A stretch of 64,000 bases of DNA from the human T2T-CHM13v2.0 reference genome, Homo sapiens. Location: assembly GCA_009914755.4 (NCBI GenBank), contig CP068257.2:6240001-6304000 (forward strand), written 5' to 3'. The translations under genes and the position numbers were made by a program. Under the pieces are notes generated by a model. That model had not been told where the DNA came from, did not search any database, and saw only the letters and a program-made list of their open reading frames with translations. This document shows positions 37,601 through 55,658 of the stretch, piece by piece; positions within the stretch are counted from its first letter, which is position 1, and each line of letters starts with the position of its first letter.

Positions 37601-39312
37601 TCTGCCTACAGGGGCATTGTGACATATCTCTGCACTGATCACCCTGGTTATGTAACTCTTGTCTAGGCTCTGCCTACGGGGGCATTGTGACTTATCTCTG
37701 CACTGATCACCCAGGAGATGTAACTTTTGTCTAGGCTCTGCCTACTGGAGACATTGTGACATACCTCCACACAGATCACCCAGGTGATGTCACTTTTGTC
37801 AAAGATATGGCTACAGGGACATTGTGACATGTCACTGCACTGCATACACATCTGATGTAACAGTTGCCTAGGCTCTGGCTAACGGGGGCTTGTGACACAT
37901 CTCTGCACTGATCACCCATGTGATGTATCCCTTGTCAAGGCTCTGCCAAAAGGGGGCATTGTGACATAACTCTTCACTGATCACCCATGTGATGGGACTC
38001 TTGTCTAGGCTCTGCCTACAGGGACATTGTGACGTATCTCTGCAGTGATCACGCAGGTGATGTACCTCTTGTCTATATCTGCGTACTGGCGGCATTGTGG
38101 CATATTTCTGCATTGATCACACAGGTGATGGACTCTTTTCTTGGATCTGCCTATAGAGGCATAATTACATATCTCTGCACTGATCACTCATGTGATGTAA
38201 CGCTTGTCTAAGCTGCGCCTAAAGGGGAATTGTGACAGATATCTCCAGTGATCACCCAGGTGATGGAACAATTTTCTGGGATTTGTCTACAGGGGGTTTT
38301 GTGACATATCTTTGCACTGATCACCCAGGAGATGTAACTCTTGGTTAGGGTCTGCCTACAGGGGCTTTGTGACATATCTCTACACTGATCACCCATGTGA
38401 TGTAACTCTTTTCTAGGCTCCACCTAAAGGGGTTATTTTGACATATATCTGCACTGATCACCCAGGTGATGTAACTCTTGTCAAGGCTAAACCTACAGGG
38501 GGTATTGTGAAGTATCTCTTCCCTGATCACCCAGGTGATGTAACTCTTGTCTAGGCTCTGCCTGCAGGGGCTTTGTGACATATTTCTACACTGATCACCA
38601 AGGAGATGTAATTCTTGTTTAGGCTTTGCCTACTGGGTCTTAGTGATATATTTCTGTACTGATCACCCAGGTGATGTAACTGTTCTGTAGTTTCCACCTT
38701 GCAGAGTTATTTTGACGTATCTCTGCACTGATTACCCAGGTGATGTAACCCTTGTCTAAGCTCTGCCTACAGGGGCATTGTGACAGCTCTCTCCACTGCT
38801 CACCCAGGTGATGTAACAATTGTCTGGGCTTTGCCTACAGGGGGCTTTGTGATATACATTTCCACTGATCAAACAGGTGATGTAACCCTTGTCAAGGTTC
38901 TGCTTACAGGGGCTTTGTGACATATCTCTGCACTGATCATCCCAGGGAGGAAACATTTATCTACACTCTGCCTACAGGAGGTTTTAGTACTTACCCCTGC
39001 ACTGATCACTAGGTGATGTAACACTTGTCTAGGCTCTGTCTACACAGGAATTTTCACTTATCTCTACACTGATCACCTAAGTGATGTAAACCTTTTCTAG
39101 GTTCATCCTACTGGGGATTTCTCACATACCTATGCACTGATCACCGAGGTGATGTAAATCATTTCCAGGCTTTTTGTACAAGAGACATTGTGATATATCT
39201 CTGCACTGATCACCCAAATGATGCAAATCTTCTCTAGGCTCCGCAGGGAGGGGGAATTGTGACATATTTCTGAACTAATCATCCAGGAGATGTAACTGTT
39301 CTCCAGGCTTTG
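31629..39312 (-). repeat. Beta-satellite array (- polarity), the longest spacer in the window at about 7.7 kb
   Basis: 68-69 bp monomers. Contains recurring variant blocks (69-bp gatgcaactcttctctatgc runs at about 33400-33700 and 37440-37650). Confidence 0.9.
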
Positions 39313-40010
39313 ACTAAAGAGAGTCGGAAGGTGTTCGGAAAGCCTCAGCCAGAATTTCACTGACGGACAGGGGCACAGAGAGGTCAGCGGGCTCCCTTGC
39401 ACGTCAGCCGGGGTGCACAATGAGCGCAGGTCTAGCCAGGAGGCCGGCAAAGAGAGTTAGAGGTTTGCGTTCCGCCACCAGTCGTTCCATGGTGGCAGCT
39501 GGGAGGCTGCTGGGGTACGGGCGGGCCGCTGACGGTATCGCGGGGGCGCAGAGTAGGCGAGCCGCCGGAGGGGTGTCAGGCCCGGACGCTGTGCGGGTCC
39601 GGTGTTTCACAGGACATGGGTCTCACCCAGCCCAGGGGAGGACGCATTTTCTGAGGGTTGGGGGTGGGGTGGGGTGGGGATCGTCAGGCGGGGGTGGGGT
39701 GGTGGAAAGGCATGAGAGCTCTGCCTGGGCTGTTCCCACAGCAAAGGCGGCTGCCCGCCTACCCGCACGTGCGCAGTAGGCGGCCCACTTGCTGGTACCT
39801 TGGCCGGCTCTGTGGTCCCCAGGATGCCTAGGAAAGAATAGCAGTTCTCCCCTTTGTGGAGCGTCTCACCGGGCCTAGACCTAGAAGGCAGGAATCTCAG
39901 GCCAGTCAGCCCGGTGGAGGTGGTGGGAGGAAGACACGCCCCTCCATAGCCAGCCAGTTGTTCCCCATTAAGCAGAGGCCACCGCCCTGCCCCGACCCGA
40001 CCCCGTCCCA

Positions 40011-41460
<1,450 letters not shown>

Positions 41461-42084
41461 TCATGAATGGCGGTGAGCCCTGGGACAGCACGCCACATCC
41501 TGGAAGGGTACCAGGGCGCCGAGGCCTGTGGCCGGTGGCTGGTGAGGTGGGAGGGAGGGCGTGGTGATGGGGGTGGTGGGGCAGGAGATATGAAGAGGAA
41601 GGGGGCGAGGGGGAAGGGGTGAGGAGGGTGCGTTTTGGGAGCTGGCTCTTCGGACCTCTCAAGGAATCCCGTGGGAACTGGAAGCCACTCTCTGGGCTCC
41701 CACGCGTCTTCAGCAGGGAGAAGCCGGCCTGGGAGGGTGGAGGGGAGTGTGGAACTGAACCTCCGTGGGAGTCTTGAGTGTTCCAGGCCCTCTCCGTGAA
41801 GGAGGCAGTGCCTGTGGGTGTCGCTGTTGCCGGGACAATCTCACACACGCAGCCGTGTTGCTCTCATTCATTTTCACGTAGAAGACCAGAGCGAGAACCC
41901 AGAGAGAAGATGCCTCCCCGGCGTGATGGCCTGACATTGGATTCCCGTGTGCGGCAATATGGGGAGTCTGCAGTGTGGCCGGTTTGGAAACTGGCAAGGA
42001 GAGCAAAGGCACCATGCCAGTCTTCCACCCTTCCCTGCATGTTTCCGGGTGACCGCAGAGCTCCGGGAGCAAACATTCAGCATG

Positions 42085-45000
42085 AAACATCTCTGAACTC
42101 ATCAACAAAGTGATGTAACAGTTGTCTAGGCTCTGCCTACAGGTGCTTTGTGACATATCTGTGCACTGATCACCCAGGTGATGGGACTTTTGTCTAGACT
42201 CTGCCTATGGGTGCATTGTGAGATATCTCTACACTGATCAACCAGGTGATGTAACTCTTGTGTTGGATCAGCCTATGGGGACATTGTGACATATTTCTGC
42301 ACTGATCACCCAGATGAAGGGACCCTTGTCTAGGCTCTGCGTATGGGGCTTTGTGACATATCTCTGCACTGATCACCCAGGCGAAGTAAAGCATGACTAG
42401 GCTCTGCCTACAGGGCATAGTGACATATCACTGCATTGATCACCAAGGTGATGTAACTCTTGTCCAAACTCTGCCTATAGGGGGCCTTGTGACATATCTC
42501 TGCACTGATCATCTTGGTGATGTAACTATTGCTTATGCTCTCCCTGCAGGGGCATTGTGAAATATCAGAGCACTGATCACCCAGGTGATGGGACTCTTCT
42601 CTAGGCTCTGCCTACTTGGGGCATTGTCACATATTTCTGCACTGATCAGCCAGGTGACAGGCTCTTGTCTAGGCTATGCCTACAGTGGCATTGTGACATA
42701 TCTCTGCACTGATCACCCAGGTGATGTAACTCTTTTCTAGGATCTGCGTACAGGGTGCTTTGTGACATATCCCTGCAATGATCACCCAGGTGATGTACCA
42801 CTTGTCAAGGTTCTGCCTACAGGGACATTGCGATGTATCTCTTCACTGATCACCTAGGTCATGTAACCCTTGTCTAGGCTCTGCCTACAGTGGCATTGTG
42901 ACATGTCTCTGTACTGATCATCCAAGTGATGTAACTCTTATCTAGGATCTGCCTAAAGGGACTTTGTGACATAACTCTGCACTGATCATCCAGGTGATGA
43001 GGCTTTTGTCTAGGCTCTGCCTAAGGGGGCATTGTGACATATTTCTGCACAGAGCAACCAGGTGATGGACTCTTGTCTTGGATCTGCCTATGGGGGCATT
43101 GTGACATATCTCTGCACTGATCACACAGGAGATGTAACTGTTGTATGAGCTCTGCCTACAGGGAAATTCTGAGAGATCTCTCTACTGAACACCCAAGTGT
43201 TGTAACTATTGTCTAGGCTTTGCCTACAGGGGACATTGTGACATATCTCTGCAATGATCACCCAGGTGATGCATCTCTTCTCTATGCTCTGCCTACAGGG
43301 GACATTGCGACATATCTTTGCACTGATCACCCAGGTGATGCAACTCTTCTCTATGCTCTGACTACAGGGGACATTGTGACACATCCCTGCACTGATCAGC
43401 CAGGTGATGCAACTCTTCTCTATGCTCTGCCTACAGGGGGAATTGTGACATATCTGTGCCCGGATCACCCAGGTGATGTAACTCTTTTCTAGTGTCTGCC
43501 TACAGAGGGCGTTGTGACATCACTCTGCACGGATCACCCGTGTTATGTAACTCTTGTCTAGGCTCTGCGTACAGGGACATTGTGACTTATCTCTGCACTG
43601 ATCACCCAGGAGATGTGACTCTTGTCTAAGCTCTGCCTAGAGGGACATTGGGACATATCTCTGCACTGATCGCTGGGGTGATGTAAAACTTGTCTAGGCT
43701 TTGCCTACAGTGGGTTTTATGACATATCTCTGCATTGGTCACCCAGGTGATGTAAGTCTTGTCTGGGCTCTGCTTACAGGGGTTATTGTGAGATATCTCT
43801 GCACTGATCACCCAGGTGATGTAACTCTTGTCTAGCCTCTCCCTACAGGGGCATTTTAACATATCACTGCACTGATCACCGAGGTGATGTAACTCTTATA
43901 TAGGCTTCGGCAACAGGGGTCATTGAGACATATCTCTGCACTGATCACCGAGGTGATGCAACTCTTGTCTGGGATCTGCTTACGTGGGGCATTTTGACAT
44001 ATCTCTGCCCTGATCACCCAGGTGATGTAACTCTTATCTAGGCTCTGCCTATTGGAGACATTGTGACATATCTCCGCACTGATCACCCACGTTATGTCAC
44101 TTTTGCCAAGGATATGGCTACAGGGACATTGTGACATGTCACTGCACTGATCACACAGCTGATGTAACTCTTGTCTAGGCTCTGGCTACAGGGGCTTTTG
44201 ACACATCTCTGCACTGATCACCCAGGAGATGTAACACTTGACTAGGCTTGGCCTACAGGGGATTTGTGACATATTTCTGCATTGATCACCCAGGTGATGT
44301 AACTCTTGCTTAGGCTCTGACTACAGGGGCTTTGTGACATATTTCTGTACTGATAACCCAGGTGATGTAACTCTTTTCTAGGCTCCACCTACAGGGGGTA
44401 TTGTGACATATCTCTGCACTGATCAACCAGGTGACGGATTGTTTTCTTGGATTTGCCTATGGGGGCATTGTGACATATATCTGCACTGATAACGCAGGTG
44501 ATGTAACACTGGTCTAAGCTCTGCCTAAAGGGGCATTGTGACAGGTCTCTGCTCTGATCACTCAGGTGATGTAACCATTTTCTAGGGTTTGCCTACAGAG
44601 GGCTTTGTGACATACCTTTGCACTGATCACTCAGGTGATGTAACACATCTACGTTTGCCGACAGGAGCTTTGTGCCATATCTCTGCACGGATCTCTTCGG
44701 TGATGTAACACTTTTATAAGCACTGCCTACAGGGAATTTTGACAAATCTCCCCACTGATCACCTTGGTGATGTAACTCTTTTCTAGGATCTGCCTACAGG
44801 GTGCTTTGTGACATATCTCTGCACTGATCACCCAGGTGATTCAACTCTTGTCTAGGATATGCCTACAGGGGGTATTCTGAAATATCTCTGCACTGATAAA
44901 CTAGGTAATGTAAGACTTGCCTAGGCTCTGCCTACAGGGGCTTTTTCACATATCCCTGAATTGATGACCAAGGTGATGTAACTCTTGCCTAGGCTTTGCC

Positions 45001-48000
45001 TACAGGGGACATTGTGACATAACTCTGCAGTTATCACCCAGGTGATGCAACTCTTCTCTATGCTCTGCCTACAGGGGACATGGTGACATATCTCTACACT
45101 GATCACCCAGGTGATGTACCTATTTTCTATTCTCTGCCTACAGAGGGCGTTGTGACATCACTCTGCACGGGTCACCCGGGTTATGTAACTCTTGTCTAGG
45201 ATCTGCCTATGGGAACACTGTGACTTATGTCTGCACTGATCACCCAGGAGATGTGACTCTTGTCTAAGCTCTGCCTATAGGCATATTGGGACATATCTCT
45301 GCACTGATCTCTGAGGTGACATAAAATTTGTCTAGGCTTTTCCTACAGTGGGATTTATGTCATATCTCTGCACTGATCACCCAGGTGATGTAACTCTTGT
45401 CTAGGCTCTGCCTACAGGGGCTATTGTGTGATATCCCTGCACTGATCACCCAGGTGATGTAACTCTTGTCTAGGCTCTGCCTACAGGGGCATTTTCACAT
45501 ATCACTGCACTGATCACAGAGATGATGTAACTCTTGTATAGGCTTCGACGACAGGGGCATTGAGACATATCTGTGCACTGATCACCGAGGTGATGCAACT
45601 CTTGTCTTGGATCTGCTTATAGGGGGCATTGTGACATATCTCTGCCCTGATCACCCAGGTGATGTAACTCTTGTCTAGGCTCTGCCTACTGGAGACATTG
45701 TGACATATCTCTGCACTGATCACCCAGGTGATGTCACTTTTGTCAAGGATATGGCTACAGGGACATTGTGACATGTAAATGCACGATCACACATCTCATG
45801 TAACTCTTGTCTAGGCTCTGGCTAGAGGTGGCTTGTGACACATCTTTGCACTGATCACCCATGTGAAGTAACTATTGTTTAGGCTCTGCTTAAAGGGACC
45901 TTGTCGCATATCTCTGCACTTATCACCCAGGTGATGTAACACTTGTTTAGGCTCTGCTTACAGAAGGTATTGTGACATATCTCTGCACTGATCACCTAAG
46001 TGTTGTAACAATTGTGTAGGCTCTGACTACAAGGGTATTTTGAAATATCCCTGCACTGTTAACCGAGGTGATGTAACTCTTGTATAGGCTGTGCCCACAG
46101 GGGAATTGAGACATAACTCTGTACTGATCACGAGGTGATCCAACTCTTGCCTGGTCTCTGCCTACTGGGGACATCGTGACATATCTCTGCACTGATCTCC
46201 CAGGTGCTGTAACTTTAATCTCGGCTCTGGCTACACGGCATTGTGACATATCACTGCACTGATCACCCAGATTATATAACTCTTGTCTAGGCTCTGCCTA
46301 CAGGGGGCTTGTGACATATCTCTGCACTGATCACCCAAGTGATATAACAATTCTCCAGGATTTGCCTACAGGGTGCTGTTTGACATATCCCTGCAATGAT
46401 CTCCCAGGTGATATACCACTTATCAAGGCTCTGCCTACAGGGGCATTGCCATGTATCTCTGCACTGATCACCTAGGTCATGTAACTCTTGTCTAGGCTCT
46501 GCCTACAGTGGCATTGTGACATATCTCTTCACTGATCACTCAGGTGATGTAACTCTTTACTAGGATCTGCCTAAATGGTGCTTTGTGACATCTCACTGCA
46601 ATGATCACCCAGGTGATGTACCACTTGTCAAGGCTCAGCCTACAGGGACATTGCGATGTATCTCTGCACGGATCACCTAGGTCATGTGAAACTTGTCTAG
46701 GCTCTGCCTACAGTGGTATTGTGGCATATCTCTGCACTGATCATCCAAGTGATATAACTCTTGTCTAGGATCTGCCTAAAGGGACTTTGTGACATAACTC
46801 TGCACTAATCATCCAGGTGATGGGGCTCTTGTCTAAGCTCTGCCTAAGGGGGCATTGTGACATATTACTGCACTGATCACCCAGGTGACGGACTATTGTC
46901 TTGAATCTGCCTATGGAGGCATCATGACGTATCTCTGCACTGATCACCCATGTGATGTAACTGTTGTATATGCTTCGCCTACAGGGGAATTGTGAGAGAT
47001 CTCGCCACTGTTCACGCAAGTGATGTAACTATTGTCTAGGCTTTGCCTACAGAAGTCTTTGTGACATACCTTTGCACTGTTAACCCAGATAGTGTAACTC
47101 AACTAAGTTCTGCCTTCAGGAGCTTTGTGACATATCTCTGCACTGATCACTTAGGTGATGTAACACTTTTATAAGCACTGCCTACAGGGAATTTTGACGA
47201 ATCTCTGCACTGATCACCTAGGTGAAGTAACTCTTGTCTACCCTCTGCCCAAAGGGGGCATTGTGAAATATTTCTCCACTGATCACCCAGGTGATTCAAC
47301 TCTTTTCTAGGATCTGCCTACAGGGGGTATTGTGAAATATCTCTGCACTGCAAAACTAGGTGATGTAACACTTGTCTAGGCTCTGCCTACATGGGCGTTT
47401 TCACATATCCCTGAACTGATGACAAAGGTGATGTAACTCTTGCCTAGCCTTTACCCACAGGGGACGTTGTGACATATCTCTGCACTGATCACCCAGGTGA
47501 TGTAACTCTTCTCTATGCTCTGTCTACAGGGCAGATTGTGACATAACTCTGCACTGATCACCCAGGTGATGCAACTCTTCTCTATGCAGTGCCTACAGGG
47601 GGTATTGTGACATACCTCTGCACTGATAACCCAGGTGATGTAACCCTTTTCTACTCTCTGCCTACTGAGGGCATTGTGACAACACTCTGCACGGAATACC
47701 CGTGTTATGTAACTCTTGTCTAGGCCCTGCCTATGGGGGCACTGTGGCTTATCTCTGCACTGATCACCCAGGAGATGTGACACTTTTCTAAGCTCTGCCT
47801 GGAGGGACATTGGGACATTTCTCTGCACTGATCGCTGAGGTGATGCAAAACTTGTCTAGGCTTTGCGTACAGTGGGTTTTATGACATATCTCTGCACTGA
47901 TCACCCAGGTGATGTAACTCTTGTCTAGGCTCTGCTTACAGAGGGTATTGTGAGATATCTCTGCACTGATCACCCAGGGGATGTAACTCTTGTCTAGGCT

Positions 48001-50259
48001 GTGCCTACTGGAGACATTGTGACATATCACTGCACTGATCACCGAGATGTTGTAACTCTTGTATAGGCTTCACTGACAGGGGGCATTGAGACATATCTCT
48101 ACACTGATCACCGAGGTGATGCAACTATTGTCTGGGATCTGCTTACAGGGTGCATTGTGACATATCTCTACCCTGATCACCCAGTTGATGTAACTCTTGT
48201 CTAGGCTCTGCCTACTGGAGACATTGTGACATATCTCCGCACTGATCACCCAGGTGATGTTAGTTTTGTCAAGGATATCGCTACAGGGACATTGTGACAT
48301 GTCACTGCACTGATCACACAGCTGATGTAACTCTTGTCTAGGCTCTGGCTACAGGGGCATTGTGACATAACTCTGCACTGATCACCCAGGTGATGTGACA
48401 CTTGTCTAGGCTCTGCCTACAGGGGCATTGTGAAATATCTCTGCAGTGATAACGCAAGTGATGTAACTTTTGTCTATATCTGCCTACTGGCGGCATTGTG
48501 GCATATTTCTGCACTGATCACCCAGGTGATGGACTCCTGTCTTGGATTTGCCTATGGGGGCATAGTGACATATCTCTGCACTGATCACTCATGTGATGTA
48601 ACGCTTGTCTAAGCTGCGCCTAAAGGGGAATTGTGACAGATATCTCCCCTGATCACCCAGATGATGTAACGATTTTCTGTGATTTGTCTACAGGGGGATT
48701 TGTGACATATCTTTGCACTGATCACCCAGGAGGTGTAACTGTTGTCTATGCTTGGCCTATATGGGATTTGTGACATATTTCTGCACTGATTACCCAGGTG
48801 ATGTAACTCTTGTCTAGGCTCCACCTCCAGGGGGTATGGTGACGTATCTCTGCACTGATCACTCAGTTGATGTAACATTTATCTAGGCTCTGCCTACAGA
48901 GATGTTTTGACATAGCTGTGCACAGATCAACTAGATTATGTAACTCTTGTCCACTCTCTGCCTACAGGGGGCATTGTGAAATATCTCTGCACTGATTACC
49001 CAGGTGATGGGACTCTTTTCTATACTCTGCCTAGAGGGGGAATTTGTGACAAATCTCTGGACTGATCACCCAGACGATGGAAGTCTTGTCTAGGCTCTGT
49101 CTATGAGGTCATTGTGTCAAATATCTGCACTGATCACCCAGTTGATTTAACTCTTGTCTAGGCTCTGTCTAGAGGGATTTTTCTAACATATCACTGCACT
49201 GATCACCTAGGTGATGTAAGCCTTGTATGGGCGTTGCCTACAGAAGGCTTTGTGACAGATCTGTGCACTGATCTCTGAGGTAATGCAACTCTTGTCTAGG
49301 CACTGCCTACAGGGTACATTGGTACATACCTCTGCACTGATCACCCAGGTGATGGACTTTTGTCTTAGATGTGCCTACATGGACATTGTGACACATCTCT
49401 GAACTGATCAACCAAGTGATGAAACTCTTGTCTAGGCTCTGCCTACAGGGGCTTTGTGACACATCTCTGCACTGATCACCCTGGGGAGGGAACTCTTGTC
49501 TATGCTCTGCCTACAGGAAGCTTTATGACTTATACCTGCACTGATAACCTAGGTGATGTAACACTTGTCTAGGCTCTGCCTACACGGGAATTCTCACATA
49601 TCTCTGCACTGATCACCGAGGTGATGTAACTCCTGTCTATGTTCAGCCTGCAGGAGAGTTTTGACATATCTCTGCACTGATCACCCAGGTGATGTAACCC
49701 TTGTCTAAGCTCTGCCTACACGGGCATTGTGACAGATCTCTCCACTGCTCACCCAGCTGATGTAACAATTGTCTGGGATTTGCCTACAGGGGCTTTGTGA
49801 TATACATTTCCGCTGATCAAACAGGTGATGTAACCCTTGTCAAGGTTCTGCTTATAGGGGCTTTATGACATATCTCTGCACTGATCACCCCAGGAAGGAA
49901 ACACTTGACTACACTCTGCCTACAGGAGGCTTTACGACTTATCCCTGCACTGATCACTAGGTGATGTAACACTTGTCTAAGCTCTGTATACACGGGAATT
50001 TTCACATATCTCTACACTGCTCACCTAAATGATGTACCGCTTGTGTAGGTTCAGCCTACTGTGGATTTCTGATGTACCTATGCACTGATCACCGAGGTGA
50101 TGTAAATCATTTCCAGGCTTTTTGTACAGGGGACATTGTGATATATCTCTGCACTGATCACCCAAATGATGGAAATCCTCTCTAGGCTCCGCAGGGAGGG
50201 TGCATTGTGACATATCTCTGAACTGATCATTCAGTTCTGTAACTATTCTCCAGGCTTTG
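42085..50259 (-). repeat. Beta-satellite array (- polarity, about 8.2 kb)
   Basis: 68-69 bp tandem monomers with the same flank series adjacent to the cores. Confidence 0.9.
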
Positions 50260-51125
50260 ACTAAAGAGTGTCAGAAGGTGTTGGGAGATCCTCAGCCGGA
50301 ATTTCACGACAAGGGCACAGAGAGGCGAGAGGGCTCCCTTACACGTCAGCCAGTGTGCGCAATGAGCGCCGGTCTAGCCAGGAGGCCAGCAAAGAGAGCT
50401 AGAGGTCAGCGTTCCACCGCCAGGCGCCCCATGGTGGCAGCTGGGAGGCTGCAGGGGCACGGGCTCTTTTAAAGGCCCGCAGGCAGGCAGGCTCCACCAC
50501 TTCATGAATGGCGGTGAGCCCTGGGACAGCCCGCCCCACACCAGAAGGGTCCCAGCTCGTCGAGGCCTGTAGCCGGAGGGTGATCGGGTGTGGGGGGATG
50601 GCGTGGTGATGGTGGTGGTGGGGCTGGATAGACGAAGAGGAAGGGGGCGAAGGGGAAAGGGTGAGGGGGGCGCGTTTCGGGAGCTGGATCTCCGGACCTC
50701 TCCAGGAATCCCGCGGGAACTGGAGGCTGCTCTCTGGGCTCCCACGCGTTTTCAGCAGAGACAAACTGGCCTGGGAGTGTGGCCGGGAGTGTGGAACTGA
50801 ACTTCCGTGAGTCTTCAGTGTTCCAGGCCCTCTCTCCGTGAAGGAGGCAGTGCCTGTGGGTGGCGCCATTGCCAGGACAGTCTGACACACGCAGCCATGT
50901 GGCTGTCATTTATTTCTACTTTGGAGACCAGAGCGAGACCCCAGAGAGAAGATGCCTCCCTAGCGTGATGGACTGACGATGGATTCCCGTGTGCAGCAAC
51001 ATGGGGAGACTGCAGTGTGGCCGGTTTGGAAACTGGCAAGGAGAGCGAAGGAACCATGCCGGTCTTCCACACTTCCCTCATGTTTCCGGGTGCCCGCAGA
51101 GCTCCGGGAGCAAACAGTTAGCATG
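50260..51125 (-). repeat. D4Z4-like core unit G, internally deleted (3' tail fused to promoter and LSau-like region, ORF absent)
   Basis: The tail sequence (50260-50465) is joined at cacgggc|tcttttaaaggcccgcaggcagg directly to the TATA-box region. Upstream-region homology then continues to 51125. About 1.9 kb present in the other cores is missing. Confidence 0.8.
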
Positions 51126-53759
51126 ACACATCTCAGAACTGTTCAACAAAGTGATGTAACACTTGTCTAGGCTCTGCCTACAGGGGCTTTGTGACATATC
51201 TCTGCACTGTTCACCCAGCTGATGGGAGTTTTTTCTAGGCTCTGCCTGTGGGGACATTGTGACATATCTCTACACTGATCACCTTGGTGATGTAACTCTT
51301 GTGTTGGATCTGCCTATGGGGGCATTGTGACATATTTCTACACTGATCGCCCAAGTGATGGGACTCTTGTCTAGGCACTGTGGATGGGGGCTTTGTGACT
51401 TATCTCTGCACTGATCACCCAGGTGATGTAACGATTAACTAGGCTCTGCCTACGGGGCATAGTGACATATCACTGCATTGATCACCGAGGTGATGTAACT
51501 CTTGTCCAGGCTCTGCCTATAGGGGGCCTTGTGACATATCTCTGCACTGATCACCTAGGTGATGCAACTCTTGCTTACGCTCTGCCTGCAAGGCATTATG
51601 AAATATCTCTGCACTGATCACCAAGGAGATGGGAATCTTCTCTAAGCTCTGCCTACTGGGGGCATTGTCACATATTTCTGCACTGATCACCCATGTGATG
51701 GACTCTTGTCTTGGATTTGCCTATGGGGGCATTGTGACATATCTCTGCACTGATCACCCAGGTGATGTAACTCTTGTCTAAGCTCTGCCTAAAAGGGCAT
51801 TGTGACAGATCTCTGCACTGATCACTCAGGTGATGTAACTATTGTCTAGGCTCTGCTTAAAGGGGCCTTGTCACATATCTCTGCACTGATCACCCAGGTG
51901 ATGTAACTCTTGTCTAGGCTCTGCTTAAACCTGGTATTGTGACGTATCTCTGCACTGATCACATAAGTGATTTAACACTTGTGTAGGCTCTGCATTCAGG
52001 GGCATTTTGACATATCTCTGCACTGTTAACCGAGGTGATGTAACCCTTGTCTAGGCTGTGCCCACAGGGGGATTGAGACATATCTCTGCACTTATTCCGA
52101 GAAGATCCAACTCTTGCCTGGTCTCTGCCTACTGGTGACATTGTGACATATCTCTGCACTGATCTCCCAGGTGCTCTAACTATATTCTAGGCTCTGGCTA
52201 CACGGCATTGTGACATATCACTGTACTGAACACCCAGGTGATATAACTCTTGTCTAGGCTCTGCCTACAGGGGGCTTGTGACATATCTCTGCACTGATCA
52301 CCCAGGTGATATAACTCTTCTCTAGGATCTGCCTACAGAGTGCTTTGTGACATATCCCTGCAATGATCACCCAGGTGATATACCATATGTCAAGGCTCTG
52401 CCTACAAGGGCATTGTGACAGAACTCTGCACTGATCACCCAGGTGATGGGACTCTTGTCTAGGCTCTCCCAACAGTGGCTTTGTGACATATCCCTTCACT
52501 GATCACCCAGGTGATGCAAATCTTTTGTAGGATCTGCCTACAGGGTGCTTTGTGACATATCCCTGCAATGATCACCCAGGTGATATACCACTTGTCAAGG
52601 CTCTGCTTACAGGGGCATTGCGATGTATCTCTGCACTGATCACCTAGGTCATGTAACTCTTGTCTAGGCTCTGCCTACAGTGGCATTGTGACATATCTCT
52701 GCACTGATCATCCAAGTGATGTAACTCTTTTCCAGAATCTGCCTAAAGGGACTTTGGGACACAACTCTGCACTGATCATCCAGGTGTTGGGCTTTTGTCT
52801 AGGCTCTGCCTAAGGGGGCAATGTGACATATTTCTTCACTGATCACCCAGGTGACTGAGTCTTGTCTTGGATCTGCCCATGGGGGCATTGTGACATATCT
52901 CTGCACTGAACACCCAGGTGATGTAAGTGTTGTACAAGCTCTGCCTACAGGGGAATTGTGAGGGATCTCACCACTGATCACCATAGTGATGTAAATATTG
53001 TCTAGGCTTTGCCAACAGGAGGCTTTGGAACATACCTTTGCACTGATCACCTAGGTGATGTAACTCATCTAAATTCTGCCTACAGGAGCTTTGTGACACA
53101 TCTCTGCACTGATCACTTAGTTGATGTAACACTTTTATAAGCACTGCCTATAGGAAATTTTGACAAATCTCTGCACTGATCACATATGTGATGTAACCCT
53201 TGTCTACCCTCTGCCCAAAGGGGGCATTGTGAAATATCTCTGCATTGATAACCCAGGTGATTCAACTCTTGTCTAGGATCTGCCTACAGGGGGTATTGTG
53301 AAATATCTCTGCACTGATCAGCTAGGTGATGTAACTCTTGTCTTGGCTCTGCCTACATGGGCGTTTTCACATATCCCTGAACTGATGACAAAGGTGATGT
53401 AACTCTTGTCTTGGCTCTGCCTACATGGGCGTTTTCACATATCCCTGAACTGATGACAAAGATGATGTAACTCTTGCCTAGGCTTTGCCTACAGGGGACA
53501 TTGTGACATATCTCTGCACTGATGAAGTGATGAAACCCTTGTCTAGGTTTAGCCTATTGGGAATTTCTGTCATACCTATGCACTGATTACGGAGGTGATG
53601 TAAATCATTTCCAGGCTTTTTGTACAGGGGACATTGTGATATGTCTCTGCACTGATCACCCAAATGATACAAATCTTCTCTATGCTCTGCAGGGAGGCTG
53701 CATTGTGACATGTTTCTGAACTGATCATTCAGGAGATGTAACAATTCTCCAGGCTTTGA
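51126..53759 (-). repeat. Beta-satellite array (- polarity)
   Basis: 68-bp monomers. A perfect 68-bp tandem duplicate lies at about 53326-53461. Confidence 0.9.
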
Positions 53760-55658
<1,899 letters not shown>

